Assembly (NCBI GenBank): GCA_035649495.1
Contig: DASRJL010000211.1
Location: forward strand, 7,713-71,712
DNA length: 64,000 nucleotides
Source: Burkholderiales bacterium
Lineage (GTDB): Bacteria > Pseudomonadota > Gammaproteobacteria > Burkholderiales > SG8-41
Direction: 5' to 3'
Numbering within the stretch: the first letter of the stretch is position 1; each line of letters opens with the position of its first letter. The notes beneath the pieces were generated by a model, which searched no databases, was not told the DNA's origin, and saw nothing but the letters and a program-made list of their open reading frames with translations. The position numbers and the translations under genes were made by a program. Positions 34,515 to 43,872 of the stretch are shown here, piece after piece.

Positions 34515-35521
34515 GGCGCGGCGCGCCGCCTGCGGCGGCCGCCGGCGGCATGCGTCCCGCGGCGGCTCGCATGCGCCAGCGCAGCGGCGAGCCGGATCGC
34601 TTCCACCAGGCTGCCGGCGTGCGCGCGGCCGGTGCCGGCGAGATCGAGCGCCGTGCCGTGATCGACTGAGGTGCGGATGATCGGGAGCCCGAGCGTGACG
34701 TTGACCCCACCGCCGAAGGCCGCGTGCTTCAGGACCGGCAGCCCCTGATCGTGGTACATGGCGAGCACGCAGTCATAGCGCTCGAGTTGCGCGGGAACGA
34801 ATAGCGTGTCCGCGGGCAGCGGCCCGGCGAGCGCGTGGCCCTCGCGCCGCAGCTTATCGAGCACGGGAGCGATGACCTCGATCTCCTCGCGGCCCAGGTA
34901 GCCGGATTCGCCGGAATGAGGATTCAGGCCGGCGACCGCTACCCGCGGCCGGCGCAATCCAAAGCGTTCGGCGAGCTCGGAGAGCAGCACGCGCACCGTG
35001 CGTTCGAGTCCCGCGCGGGTGACCCGGCCGGAAACTTCCTTCAGCGCGACGTGGGTCGTGGCGAGCGCCACGCGCATGCCGCCGCCGACCAGCATCATCA
35101 CGACGTGCCGCGCTCCGGTGCGCGCGGCGAGGTACTCGGTGTGCCCGGTAAACGCGATGCCGGCGTCGTTGATTGCGCCCTTGTGGACCGGCGCGGTCAC
35201 CATCGCGGAGAAAGTGCCGTCGCGACAGCCGCGTGCGGCGACGTCGAGCGAGCGCAGCACCGCGGCGCTGTTGGCGGGGTTGAGCTTCCCGGCGATGGCG
35301 GGGACCGCCAGCGGAACGTGCCGTACCAGGAGCCGGCGTCCCCGCGCGGGTGCAGGGTCGTCGGCATCGAAATCGGCAACCGCCACGGCCCTGCGGAGCG
35401 TCCGCGCACGGCTGCGAATCAGATCACGGTCCGCCACGATCACGACGCGTGACGCGAGCACGCCTCCCGCCAGCGCCACGCACAAATCGGGGCCGATGCC
35501 GGCAGGCTCTCCCGCCGTCAC
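34511..35521 (-). CDS. pdxA: 4-hydroxythreonine-4-phosphate dehydrogenase
   Basis: GEPAGIGPD, TGHTE, GLNPHSGE and SVDHGTA motifs. The first canonical start (GTG 35521) appears to truncate the conserved N-terminal strand; see findings. Confidence 0.93.
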   Translation of the reverse strand: MTAGEPAGIGPDLCVALAGGVLASRVVIVADRDLIRSRARTLRRAVAVADFDADDPAPARGRRLLVRHVPLAVPAIAGKLNPANSAAVLRSLDVAARGCRDGTFSAMVTAPVHKGAINDAGIAFTGHTEYLAARTGARHVVMMLVGGGMRVALATTHVALKEVSGRVTRAGLERTVRVLLSELAERFGLRRPRVAVAGLNPHSGESGYLGREEIEVIAPVLDKLRREGHALAGPLPADTLFVPAQLERYDCVLAMYHDQGLPVLKHAAFGGGVNVTLGLPIIRTSVDHGTALDLAGTGRAHAGSLVEAIRLAAALAHASRRGTHAAGGRRRRRAAP

Positions 35522-35535
35522 TGCGATCGGCGGAA

Positions 35536-35640
35536 TGTTGAGTTTTGAGTTCTTGATGTTGAGTTATCGATGCTTGTTTGGTGGAACGGCGGCAGATTGC
35601 TCATTGAAACTAAACACTCAAAACTTAAAACTCAACACTC
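35536..35640 (-). repeat. heptanucleotide tandem-repeat palindromic element (TTGAGTT-type, inverted copy of the 32118 element)
   Basis: Arms lie at 35536..35565 and 35608..35640. The minus-strand reading shares the 19-nt string AGTTTTGAGTGTTTAGTTT with 32127..32145. Lies between the surA stop and the pdxA start. Confidence 0.85.
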
Positions 35641-35651
35641 GGCTTGGCGCG

Positions 35652-36983
35652 CTAGCGCTCTTCGAGCCGCAGTTCTATGTAAGCCCTGTCGCGCAGCTGC
35701 CGCACCCATTCCTGGTAGGACTCGTCGGACTTGCGCGCCCGCAGCGCCATGCGCGCGTTCAGGCGCTGGCGCTCCTTGGACATGTCCTCGTTGCGCCGCT
35801 CGAGGACCTGGATCAGGTGCCAGCCGAAGGGCGACTTCACCGGGTTGCTGACCTCCCCCAGCTTCAAGTCGTTCATCGCGCGCTCGAAATCGGGGACCGT
35901 ATCACCCGGGGAGATCCACCCCAGGTCGCCGCCCTTGGAGGCGCTCGTGTCCTCGGAATGGGCGCGCGCGAGCTCGGCGAAATCGACTTTGTTGTCCAGC
36001 CGCTCCTTCAATCCCACCAGGCGGCGTCGCGCCTCGTCCTCGGAGACGAGCTCGTTGGTCTTGATCAGGATGTGACGCGTTCGGGTCTGGTTCACGATGA
36101 CCGGAGCGCCACCGCTGCCGCGCCTCTCGTTCAGCCGCAGCAGGTGGAAGCCGTTCGCGCTGCGCAGGAGCTCGGTCACCTCGCCCGGCTGCAGTTTCTG
36201 CAGCGCATCCGTGAACAGCGTCGGCAGCCGGTTCGCGTCGCGCCAGCCCATGCTGCCGCCCTGCAAGGCGTCGGGCGCGTCGGAGAACGACGCGGCGACC
36301 TGGCGAAAATCGGTTCCCCCCTTGACCTGGGCGAGCGCCTGCTCGGCGCGGGCACGGCGGGTCTGGATCTGCTCCGGGCTCGCGTTCTCCGGCACCGTCA
36401 CCAGGATGTGGGAAAGGTTGTATTCGTCGCTGCCGCCCGACTGCGTCTGCTGGGTCTTGAGAAAATTGTCGATCTCGCCGTCGGTCACCACGATGCGGTT
36501 GTCCACCTCGCGCTCGCGCAGGCGCACCGTGACGATCTCGTTGCGGATGTCCTCGCGGAACTTGGCGTACGGCACGCCGTCCTTTTCGAGGGTCTGCCGG
36601 AGCTGCGCGAGGCTCAGCATGTTCTCCTCGCCGATACGACCGATGGCCCGGTCGAGCTCCGCGTCGTCCACGCGCAATCCCGTTTCCTTGGCGAACTGCA
36701 ACTGCACCCGGTCGGAAATGATGCGGTCGAGCAGCTGCTTCTCGAGCACGTCGTGCGGCGGGGACGGCGTGCCCTGTCGCCGCAACTGGGCGAAGGCGAG
36801 CTTCATCCGCTCGTCGAGATCGTTGCGCGTGATGACCTCGTCGTTCACGACCGCCACGATGCGGTCGAGCACGACCACCGGGCGCGGCTTCTGCGCCCGG
36901 GCCGGAGACGCGGCTGCGAGCGCCAGCGCCAGCGCCACCGACGAAACGGCTATGGAACGCGCAAACGGCAGGTAACGCGGCAT
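35652..36983 (-). CDS. surA: periplasmic chaperone / peptidyl-prolyl isomerase SurA
   Basis: 443 aa with signal peptide, SurA N-domain and two parvulin domains (the second with GDLGW...F). Sits in the lptD-surA-pdxA-ksgA arrangement. Confidence 0.93.
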   Translation of the reverse strand: MPRYLPFARSIAVSSVALALALAAASPARAQKPRPVVVLDRIVAVVNDEVITRNDLDERMKLAFAQLRRQGTPSPPHDVLEKQLLDRIISDRVQLQFAKETGLRVDDAELDRAIGRIGEENMLSLAQLRQTLEKDGVPYAKFREDIRNEIVTVRLREREVDNRIVVTDGEIDNFLKTQQTQSGGSDEYNLSHILVTVPENASPEQIQTRRARAEQALAQVKGGTDFRQVAASFSDAPDALQGGSMGWRDANRLPTLFTDALQKLQPGEVTELLRSANGFHLLRLNERRGSGGAPVIVNQTRTRHILIKTNELVSEDEARRRLVGLKERLDNKVDFAELARAHSEDTSASKGGDLGWISPGDTVPDFERAMNDLKLGEVSNPVKSPFGWHLIQVLERRNEDMSKERQRLNARMALRARKSDESYQEWVRQLRDRAYIELRLEER

Positions 36984-37004
36984 GGCAGATGCAGAGGCGA
37001 AGCC

Positions 37005-39308
37005 CTATTGATACAGCGCGCCGCGCGATTCCTGGGGCGTGAGAGCGCGCGGATCCCTGACGAAGCCCCCGATGCTGCGGCGCAGCGTTTCCAGCGGATT
37101 AGAGCCCAGCCGGGACACTCCGTTCAACTCGAGCTGCACGAAGAACGTGGTCGTGGTCTGCGAGGTGGCGGTCACGAAGCGGTGGGCTACGACGCGCAGC
37201 TCCCAGCAGTCGCCATTGTATTCAATGCCCGCCAGCGTTTCGAGTGAAACCTTGTCGAGGAGCGAGTAATTCCACCGCCCCAGCAACGTCCAGCCTCCGC
37301 GCACCGGCCACTGGAAGGAAAAGTCGGTCTGCCGGACCTGGTTGAGCGTTTCGCGATAGCTGGCGTTCACCACCTTGCCCGGGGACGGCTGGTAGCGGGC
37401 GCCGGCGTTGAACTTCTGCAGCTGGGAAAAATCGGTGCTGTATTGGACGCCTGCATCCGCGAACCAGTTCCGCCACAGCGTACCGGAGAGCGCGGCGAGC
37501 AGATCGGAGCTGGAGCTGGTGCGCAGGGGCGTGCCGGGAAGGGCCACCTGCTGCGTGCTGAAGTAATAGCGCTGCGCCACGCCCGCCCGCAATATCTCGG
37601 AGCCGGTCGCGGCGTTCAGAAAGCGCGTGCTGACCCCCAGCGTGAGCTGGTTGGCGTCGTTGATGCGGTCCGATCCCGCAAACTGGTTCTCCGAATAGAT
37701 GGTCGCGAAGTTGATGTCCTGCAGACCGGAATCGAAGTTCGGGATGCCGCTCTGGTCGCGAAACGGGATGTAGACGTAGTACGCGCGGGGCTCGATCGTC
37801 TGGATCATCGCCATGTTTCCCAGCGTCGCCTGGCGCTCGAACACGACGCCGCTGTCGACGGTGAAGGTCGGCAACGTGCGGGTGCTGTCCCGGACGCCGG
37901 TGGCATTGGGATCGATGAAGTATTTTGTCAGGTGCATGCCTGCCTTCGGCGTCAAATAGGCGTAGGAGTTCTGCAGCGGGACGCTCAAGCTGGGGTACGC
38001 CAACAGACGGCTGCCGCTCACCAGCGTCGGATGCTGGAAGCCGACGTACTGCGCCTGCAGGTCGAAGTCGGTATTCAGCAGCTCGGGGCGCGCGGCCACC
38101 AGGGTGAGTTGCGGCACGCGGTTATAGGGCGGCGTGAGCGGCGCCGCCGGATCGGGCTGCAGCGTCTGCCAGTGCTGGGCGAAGGCGGTGAACGCATACG
38201 AGCCCGTGTTTCCGGCCCAGGTGCCGCCTTTCGCGAGCGTAACGTCGTTCGGCAGCAGAACCGTCGAGGTCACCGCGACCCGGGTCGCCAGGTCGGTGAA
38301 ATAGGTGTCGTCGGAGACCCGGTTCAGGTTGACCAGGCCCACCCAGCCGTAGGGCAGGGTAGTGTGTTGATGCTTGACGAAATAGGCGTCGCGCTGCTTG
38401 TCGTTGAACTGGCGATCCTGGGGCAGTATCTCGACGTGGGCTTCGCCCTTGTAGTTGGGGTCGAGATAGCGGAACTCGGTGTTCAACTGCGCGCCACGCC
38501 GCGTTATCACGCGGGGCGCGATCGTGGCGTCGTAGTTCGGCGCGATGTTCCAGTAGTAGGGGACGGTCAGCTCGAACCCGCCCTTGGAGGTGCTGCCGTA
38601 ATGCGGCGTGAGGAAACCGGACTTGCGCTCCTGGTGCAGGGAAAAGGAGAGATAGGGCGAGTAGAGTATCGTCGCGCCCATGAACACGATGCTCGCGTCG
38701 TGCGCGATGCCGACGTTGCGGCCCTTGTCGATCTGCACCTCGCGCCCGCGGATGTACCAGTCGTCATCGCCCGGCCCGCAGGTCGTGTACTCGGCGCGCT
38801 CTGCACGATACTGCTTGGGCCCCTCGAACAGCAGCCGCTCGGCCGTGCCGCGCGCGCTGGTGGGCTCGAACGGCTTTTTCTGCGCGGTGGAGGGTTGGGC
38901 CTGCAGCTCCTTGTTCAGCGTGTAGGTCGCGTTGTCCATGAACCCGCGCTCGGTTTCCAGGTTGAACTGCAACCGGCTGCCTTCCATGACGTCGGCGCCC
39001 TGGTCGATGCGCACGTTGCCCCGGGCGTAGACCTCGTCGGTTGGCTTCTCGTGGCGCATCCAGTCGGCGAACACCGCGACCCCGCGCTTGCGCAGCCGCG
39101 CGTTGCCCTCCGCTTCGGTCTCCTGCTCGACGTGGCCGCGCAGAATATCGGCCTCCAGGAAAACCGGAAGCTTCTCGTCCCGGGCCGGCGGCGGCAGTAG
39201 CAGGAGCGTCGGCTGCGACTGGAGCCTGAGCCCTTCCTGGGCGCCCGCCATAGCCGGCAACGCGCACAGGACGGCGAGCGAGATGCTCTGTAGTTTCAGC
39301 TTGTGCAT
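37005..39308 (-). CDS. lptD: LPS-assembly outer-membrane protein LptD
   Basis: True start is MHKLKLQSISLAVLCALPAMAGAQ (signal peptide). Followed by the OstA N-domain and a large beta-barrel. The track ORF to 40193 is a spurious 5' extension antisense to amgK. Confidence 0.93.
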   Translation of the reverse strand: MHKLKLQSISLAVLCALPAMAGAQEGLRLQSQPTLLLLPPPARDEKLPVFLEADILRGHVEQETEAEGNARLRKRGVAVFADWMRHEKPTDEVYARGNVRIDQGADVMEGSRLQFNLETERGFMDNATYTLNKELQAQPSTAQKKPFEPTSARGTAERLLFEGPKQYRAERAEYTTCGPGDDDWYIRGREVQIDKGRNVGIAHDASIVFMGATILYSPYLSFSLHQERKSGFLTPHYGSTSKGGFELTVPYYWNIAPNYDATIAPRVITRRGAQLNTEFRYLDPNYKGEAHVEILPQDRQFNDKQRDAYFVKHQHTTLPYGWVGLVNLNRVSDDTYFTDLATRVAVTSTVLLPNDVTLAKGGTWAGNTGSYAFTAFAQHWQTLQPDPAAPLTPPYNRVPQLTLVAARPELLNTDFDLQAQYVGFQHPTLVSGSRLLAYPSLSVPLQNSYAYLTPKAGMHLTKYFIDPNATGVRDSTRTLPTFTVDSGVVFERQATLGNMAMIQTIEPRAYYVYIPFRDQSGIPNFDSGLQDINFATIYSENQFAGSDRINDANQLTLGVSTRFLNAATGSEILRAGVAQRYYFSTQQVALPGTPLRTSSSSDLLAALSGTLWRNWFADAGVQYSTDFSQLQKFNAGARYQPSPGKVVNASYRETLNQVRQTDFSFQWPVRGGWTLLGRWNYSLLDKVSLETLAGIEYNGDCWELRVVAHRFVTATSQTTTTFFVQLELNGVSRLGSNPLETLRRSIGGFVRDPRALTPQESRGALYQ

Positions 39309-39332
39309 CGGGGGGGGAATGGCGCGCGGCAG

Positions 39333-40397
39333 ATGGTAAAATCGCACAATTCGCACGAGCGCGCAATCGTCTTGGGAACCGTTGCCGATACCCGCCTCGA
39401 CGAGCTTGCGAGCTGGCTCGCCGCGCATCTTCCCGCTCCATCGTTCTCGCTCGCGCCCGCATCGGCCGACGCGAGCTTTCGCCGCTATTTTCGCGCGATG
39501 GGGGGCGGCCGCTCGTGGATCGCGATGGACGCGCCGCCCGGGCGCGAGGATTGCCGGGCGTTCGTGCGGGTGGCGGGGATGCTGCGCGCGGCGGGCGTCA
39601 ACGCGCCCGAGGTCCTCGCGCAGGACCTCGGCCGCGGCTTCCTGCTGCTCACCGATTTCGGCGACACGACCTACCTGTCGGCGCTCACCGAGGCGAGCGC
39701 GCCGCGGCTTTTCGCGGACGCGATCGACGCGCTGGTGCGCTGGCAGCTCGCGAGCCGGCCCGGGGAACTGCCGCCCTACGATGAAGCGCTGCTGCGGCGC
39801 GAGTGCGGCCTGTTTCCCGAGTGGTACATCGAGCGCCACCTGGGCGTGGCGCTCGTCCCCGCCGAGCGCGACACGCTGGCGGAGATGGTGACGGCGATCG
39901 TCACCCGCAATCTCGCGCAGCCCGCGGTGTACGTGCATCGCGACTACATGCCGCGCAACCTGATGGTGACCGATCCCAATCCCGGGGTGCTCGATTTCCA
40001 GGACGCGGTCTACGGTCCCGTTACCTACGACATCGCGTCGCTCATGCGCGACGCGTTCGTGAGCTGGGACGAAGAGCGCGTGCTCGACTGGACGGTGCGC
40101 TACTGGGAAAAGGCGAAGCGCGCCGGCCTGCCGGTCGCCGCGGATTTCGGGTCGTTCTACGCGGATTTCGAGTGGATGGGACTGCAGCGCCACCTGAAGG
40201 TGCTGGGCATATTCGCCCGCATCCGCTACCGCGACGGGAAGAGCGCTTACCTCGAGGACGCGCCGCGTTTCCTGGCCTACGCGCGCGCCGTGTCCACGCG
40301 TTACCGCGAGCTATCGCCCCTCGCGCGTCTGCTCGACCGGTTGGAGGTCGCGGCGGGGAACGGGCCCCTAAGCTCCGCACCCCCAGGCGCACAATGA
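39333..40397 (+). CDS. amgK: N-acetylmuramate/N-acetylglucosamine kinase (aminoglycoside phosphotransferase fold)
   Basis: APH-like kinase (SFRRYFR, HRDYMPRNLM, LDFQDA), divergent from lptD and followed by murU, as in Pseudomonas. Start may be GTG 39303 or ATG 39333. Confidence 0.8.
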   Translation: MVKSHNSHERAIVLGTVADTRLDELASWLAAHLPAPSFSLAPASADASFRRYFRAMGGGRSWIAMDAPPGREDCRAFVRVAGMLRAAGVNAPEVLAQDLGRGFLLLTDFGDTTYLSALTEASAPRLFADAIDALVRWQLASRPGELPPYDEALLRRECGLFPEWYIERHLGVALVPAERDTLAEMVTAIVTRNLAQPAVYVHRDYMPRNLMVTDPNPGVLDFQDAVYGPVTYDIASLMRDAFVSWDEERVLDWTVRYWEKAKRAGLPVAADFGSFYADFEWMGLQRHLKVLGIFARIRYRDGKSAYLEDAPRFLAYARAVSTRYRELSPLARLLDRLEVAAGNGPLSSAPPGAQ

Positions 40398-40422
40398 GTG
40401 AATTGATCGATCGGGTCATGAC

Positions 40423-41109
40423 ATGAAGGCGATGATTCTTGCCGCGGGCCGCGGCGAGCGCATGCGCCCGCTCTCCGATAGCGTACCCAAGGCGATGATG
40501 ACAGCCGGGGGCCGGCCGGTCATCGTGCACCTGATAGAGCGCCTGGCGCGAGCGGGTTTCGTCGATATCGTGATCAACGTCTCGCACCTCGCGGAAGCGA
40601 TAGAGCGCGGCCTGGGCGACGGCGCGCGGTTCGGCGTGCGCATCGCCTACTCGCGCGAGCGCAGCGCGCTCGAGACGGCGGGCGGCATTGCCTATGCGCT
40701 GCCCCTCCTCGGGAATACGCCGTTCGTCGTGGCGAATTGCGATGTCTACAGCGATTTCGATTTCAGCCGCTTGAGGAGCGCCGCCGAGCCGCTCTCCCGC
40801 GGCTCCCTGCTGGCGCATCTGGTCCTGGTGGACAATCCCGCTCACCATCCCGCCGGCGACTTCCGCCTGGAGGATGGCAAGGTGGCGGCGACGGGAGAGG
40901 CAGGACGCCTCACGTTCAGCGGTATGGGCGCGTACTCTCCGGCGCTCTTCGCGGGAATCGCGCCCGGCACGCCCTGCCAGCTGGCGGCGCTGCTCAGGCC
41001 GGCCATGGCGCGGGGCGAGGTGAGCGGGGAGCACCATCGCGGACGGTGGCTCGACGTGGGAACTCCGCAGCGGCTCGCCGAGGTGGAACGCATGCTGGGC
41101 CGACTATAA
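40423..41109 (+). CDS. murU: N-acetylmuramate alpha-1-phosphate uridylyltransferase
   Basis: Begins [23 protein letters not shown], a sugar-nucleotidyltransferase signature. 228 aa, immediately downstream of amgK. Confidence 0.82.
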   Translation: MKAMILAAGRGERMRPLSDSVPKAMMTAGGRPVIVHLIERLARAGFVDIVINVSHLAEAIERGLGDGARFGVRIAYSRERSALETAGGIAYALPLLGNTPFVVANCDVYSDFDFSRLRSAAEPLSRGSLLAHLVLVDNPAHHPAGDFRLEDGKVAATGEAGRLTFSGMGAYSPALFAGIAPGTPCQLAALLRPAMARGEVSGEHHRGRWLDVGTPQRLAEVERMLGRL

Positions 41110-41132
41110 TCAGGCTGGCAACGGGAGCGGGC

Positions 41133-42434
41133 ATGGACATCGAGGTTTTCCAGCGGCGGCGGGCCAGGCTCGCAAAGGAAATGGGCGGCGGCGTGGCGAT
41201 CATTCCCACCGCCCCGGAGCGCGTGCGCAACCGCGATTCGCATTTCCCGTACCGCTTCGACAGCTACTTCTACTACCTCACCGGGTTTCGCGAGCCGGAA
41301 GCGGTGCTCGTGATCGTGGCGGGCGAGCCGCCGCGCAGCGTGCTCTTCTGCCGCGAGCGCAACGCCGAGCGCGAGGTATGGGACGGCTTCCGCCATGGGC
41401 CCGACGGCGCCCGCGCGGATTTCGGTTTCGACGAGGCGCATCCCGTCGCCCGGCTCGACGAGCTCTTGCCGGGACTGCTCGCCGATTGCGGCAGCGTTTA
41501 CTGCCACCTGGGGGCGGACGCCGGCTGGGACGCCCGCGTGGTGGGCTGGTTGAACCAGGTGCGCGCCGAAGCGCGGCGCGGCGTCGCCGCGCCGACGGAA
41601 CTCCGCGACGTGCACGCGCTGCTCGACGAGATGCGTCTGTACAAGGACGAGAGCGAGCTCGCGCTCATGCGACGGTCTGCGACGATTGCCGCCGCAGCGC
41701 ACCGGCGCGCGATGCGCGCAGCGCGTCCGGGGCGGGGCGAGTTCGAGATCGAGGCGGAGCTCCTGCACGAGTTCAGGCGCCAGGGGGCGCAAGGGCCTTC
41801 CTATACCCCGATCGTCGCTGCCGGCGAGCATGCGTGCGTGCTGCACTACGTCAGCAACGACGGCATGCTCGATGACGGCGCGCTCCTGCTGATCGACGCC
41901 GGCTGCGAGCTCGATGGCTATGCCTCGGACGTGACGCGCACTTTCCCGGTGAACGGACGCTACAGCGGGCCGCAGCGCGCGGTATACGAGATGGTGCTGG
42001 CCGCCCAGGCGGCCGCGCTCGCCCAGGTCCGCCCCGGAAACGCGTGGGATGCCCCGCATACGGCGGCGGTCAGGACGCTGGCCCAGGGCATGATCGATAT
42101 CGGGCTTCTCGCCGGCAGTCTCGATGAGGTTGTCGAACGCGAAACCTTCCGGCAGTTCTACATGCACCGCACCGGCCACTGGCTGGGACTCGACGTGCAC
42201 GATGCCGGGGACTACAAGCGCGGCGGCGCGTGGCGCAAGCTCGAGCCGGGAATGGTGCTGACCGTCGAGCCGGGTTGCTACATCCGGGCGGCCGCCGGCG
42301 TGCCGGGCGAATTCGCCGGCATCGGGATACGCATAGAGGACGACGTGCTCGTCACCGACGGCGGACACGAAGTCCTGACCCACGAAGCTCCGAAGACGAT
42401 CGCCGAGATCGAAGCGCTGATGGCGGGCAAGTGA
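41133..42434 (+). CDS. pepP: Xaa-Pro aminopeptidase
   Basis: True N-terminus MDIEVFQRRRARL. M24B motifs present (DSYFYYLTGF, HRTGHWLGLDVHD, EPG, IRIED). The track ORF from 40737 overlaps murU out of frame. Confidence 0.92.
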   Translation: MDIEVFQRRRARLAKEMGGGVAIIPTAPERVRNRDSHFPYRFDSYFYYLTGFREPEAVLVIVAGEPPRSVLFCRERNAEREVWDGFRHGPDGARADFGFDEAHPVARLDELLPGLLADCGSVYCHLGADAGWDARVVGWLNQVRAEARRGVAAPTELRDVHALLDEMRLYKDESELALMRRSATIAAAAHRRAMRAARPGRGEFEIEAELLHEFRRQGAQGPSYTPIVAAGEHACVLHYVSNDGMLDDGALLLIDAGCELDGYASDVTRTFPVNGRYSGPQRAVYEMVLAAQAAALAQVRPGNAWDAPHTAAVRTLAQGMIDIGLLAGSLDEVVERETFRQFYMHRTGHWLGLDVHDAGDYKRGGAWRKLEPGMVLTVEPGCYIRAAAGVPGEFAGIGIRIEDDVLVTDGGHEVLTHEAPKTIAEIEALMAGK

Positions 42435-43585
42435 ATGATTACGACGTTCTGATCGCGGGCGGCGGGCCGGGGGGAGGAGCCCTGGCGCTCGCCTTGCGCG
42501 GAAGCGGGCTCCGTATCGCGGTTCTGGAAACCCGGCCGCGGGAAACCGCGGCCGAGGACCCGCGCCCGCTGGCGCTGTCGCATGGCAGCCGGCTCATACT
42601 GGAACGCCTGGAGCTGTGGCGGGCGCTCGACCCGGTCACGCCTATCGGCCGGATTCACGTGTCACAGCGCGGGGGATTCGGGCGCGTGCTGCTGGATGCC
42701 GCCGCGGTCGGGCTGCCGGCGCTGGGCTATGTGGTCGATTACGCGCAGCTCGCAGCCCGGGTCACGGAGTCGCTGCAGGGCGGATGGTGCGATTATCTGC
42801 CGGGCACTGCCGTCAACCGCGTCAGCCTCGACGGCGATGCGGCGGTCGTGGAACTGGAGCCGGCGCGGGGACGCGTAATCACCGGTCTGCTCGTCGTTGC
42901 GGATGGCGGGATGCACGCGGACGGGAATGAAGCGCACGCCGTCCGCACCGTTGATTACCGGCAGACGGCGGTGACGGCGCGCGTCACCAGCACCGTAGCG
43001 CACGCTCACGTCGCCTACGAGCGCTTTACCCCGGAGGGACCGCTCGCGCTGCTGCCGGCCGGCGGCGATCTCGCGTTGATATGGTCGACGACACCGGAAC
43101 GTGCCCAACGGTTGTGCGCAGCGCCGGACGCCGAATTCCTGGGCGAGCTGCAACAGGCGTTCGGCAACCGGCTCGGGCGGTTCACGGCGGTGACGCGGCG
43201 GGGAATGTTTCCCCTGGCGCTGCGCGTCGCGCGCGACACCGGAGAACCGCGCACGGTGCGTATCGGCAACGCCGCGCAGACGCTCCATCCCGTTGCCGGG
43301 CAGGGCCTGAACCTCGGGCTGCGCGACGCCTGGGAACTCGCCGCGGAGTTGCGGCGTTCCGAGCGCGAGCGCATCGGTGCGCCGGAGCTGCTCGCCAGGT
43401 ATGCGGCGCGGCGGCGCCTCGACCGTGGCGGGGGAATCTGGTTTACCCATGGCCTGGCACGAATGTTTTCCAGCGACCTGGCGCCGCTGCGCGCCGCGCG
43501 CGGGCTCGGCCTGGCGGCGCTCGCTGCTCTGCCGCCCGCGCAGGAATTTCTGGTGCGGCGGATGAGTTTCGGCGCGCGCGGTTAA
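42431..43585 (+). CDS. ubiH: FAD-dependent ubiquinone-biosynthesis monooxygenase (UbiH-type)
   Basis: GTG start overlapping the pepP TGA. Has the dinucleotide motif DVLIAGGGPGG and GNAAQTLHPVAGQGLNLGLRD. The pepP-ubiH adjacency is conserved. A UbiF or UbiI paralogue cannot be excluded. Confidence 0.8.
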   Translation: MNDYDVLIAGGGPGGGALALALRGSGLRIAVLETRPRETAAEDPRPLALSHGSRLILERLELWRALDPVTPIGRIHVSQRGGFGRVLLDAAAVGLPALGYVVDYAQLAARVTESLQGGWCDYLPGTAVNRVSLDGDAAVVELEPARGRVITGLLVVADGGMHADGNEAHAVRTVDYRQTAVTARVTSTVAHAHVAYERFTPEGPLALLPAGGDLALIWSTTPERAQRLCAAPDAEFLGELQQAFGNRLGRFTAVTRRGMFPLALRVARDTGEPRTVRIGNAAQTLHPVAGQGLNLGLRDAWELAAELRRSERERIGAPELLARYAARRRLDRGGGIWFTHGLARMFSSDLAPLRAARGLGLAALAALPPAQEFLVRRMSFGARG

Positions 43586-43872
43586 CGCGATCTCGCCGCA
43601 AAGGCGCGCCGGCTGCAGAAACCGCGCGACCGTGCGGCGCGCCGCGCTTGCAAGTTACGGCGATACTCGCAGGAAATTCTCGAAACGTTTTCACTAAGTG
43701 CTTACTTCGCTTCGTGGTTTACGCGCGTGTACGGAGCGCGTCGCGCGCTTTTGCGTTCGCCGCAACAGGACAAAGAGAAAAGTGCACGATTTGCTTTTCT
43801 TGCGTGCGGCGAGCGATTACAATGGGCGCCCTTCCCCGAAAAACCCCGCACGCTAAAGCCGCAGACGTTTCG

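Noticed and set aside
34998-39200. 749-aa and 585-aa + strand ORFs opposite pdxA/surA/lptD
   Set aside because: Same reasoning as above. Both are antisense to conserved genes and run straight through the surA-pdxA intergenic repeat. No homology signal is recognisable.
39309-40193. N-terminal 295 aa of the 1062-aa 'LptD' ORF
   Set aside because: The extension precedes a perfect signal peptide (MHKLKLQSISLAVLCALPAMAGAQ) and is antisense to the amgK gene. LptD therefore starts at 39308.
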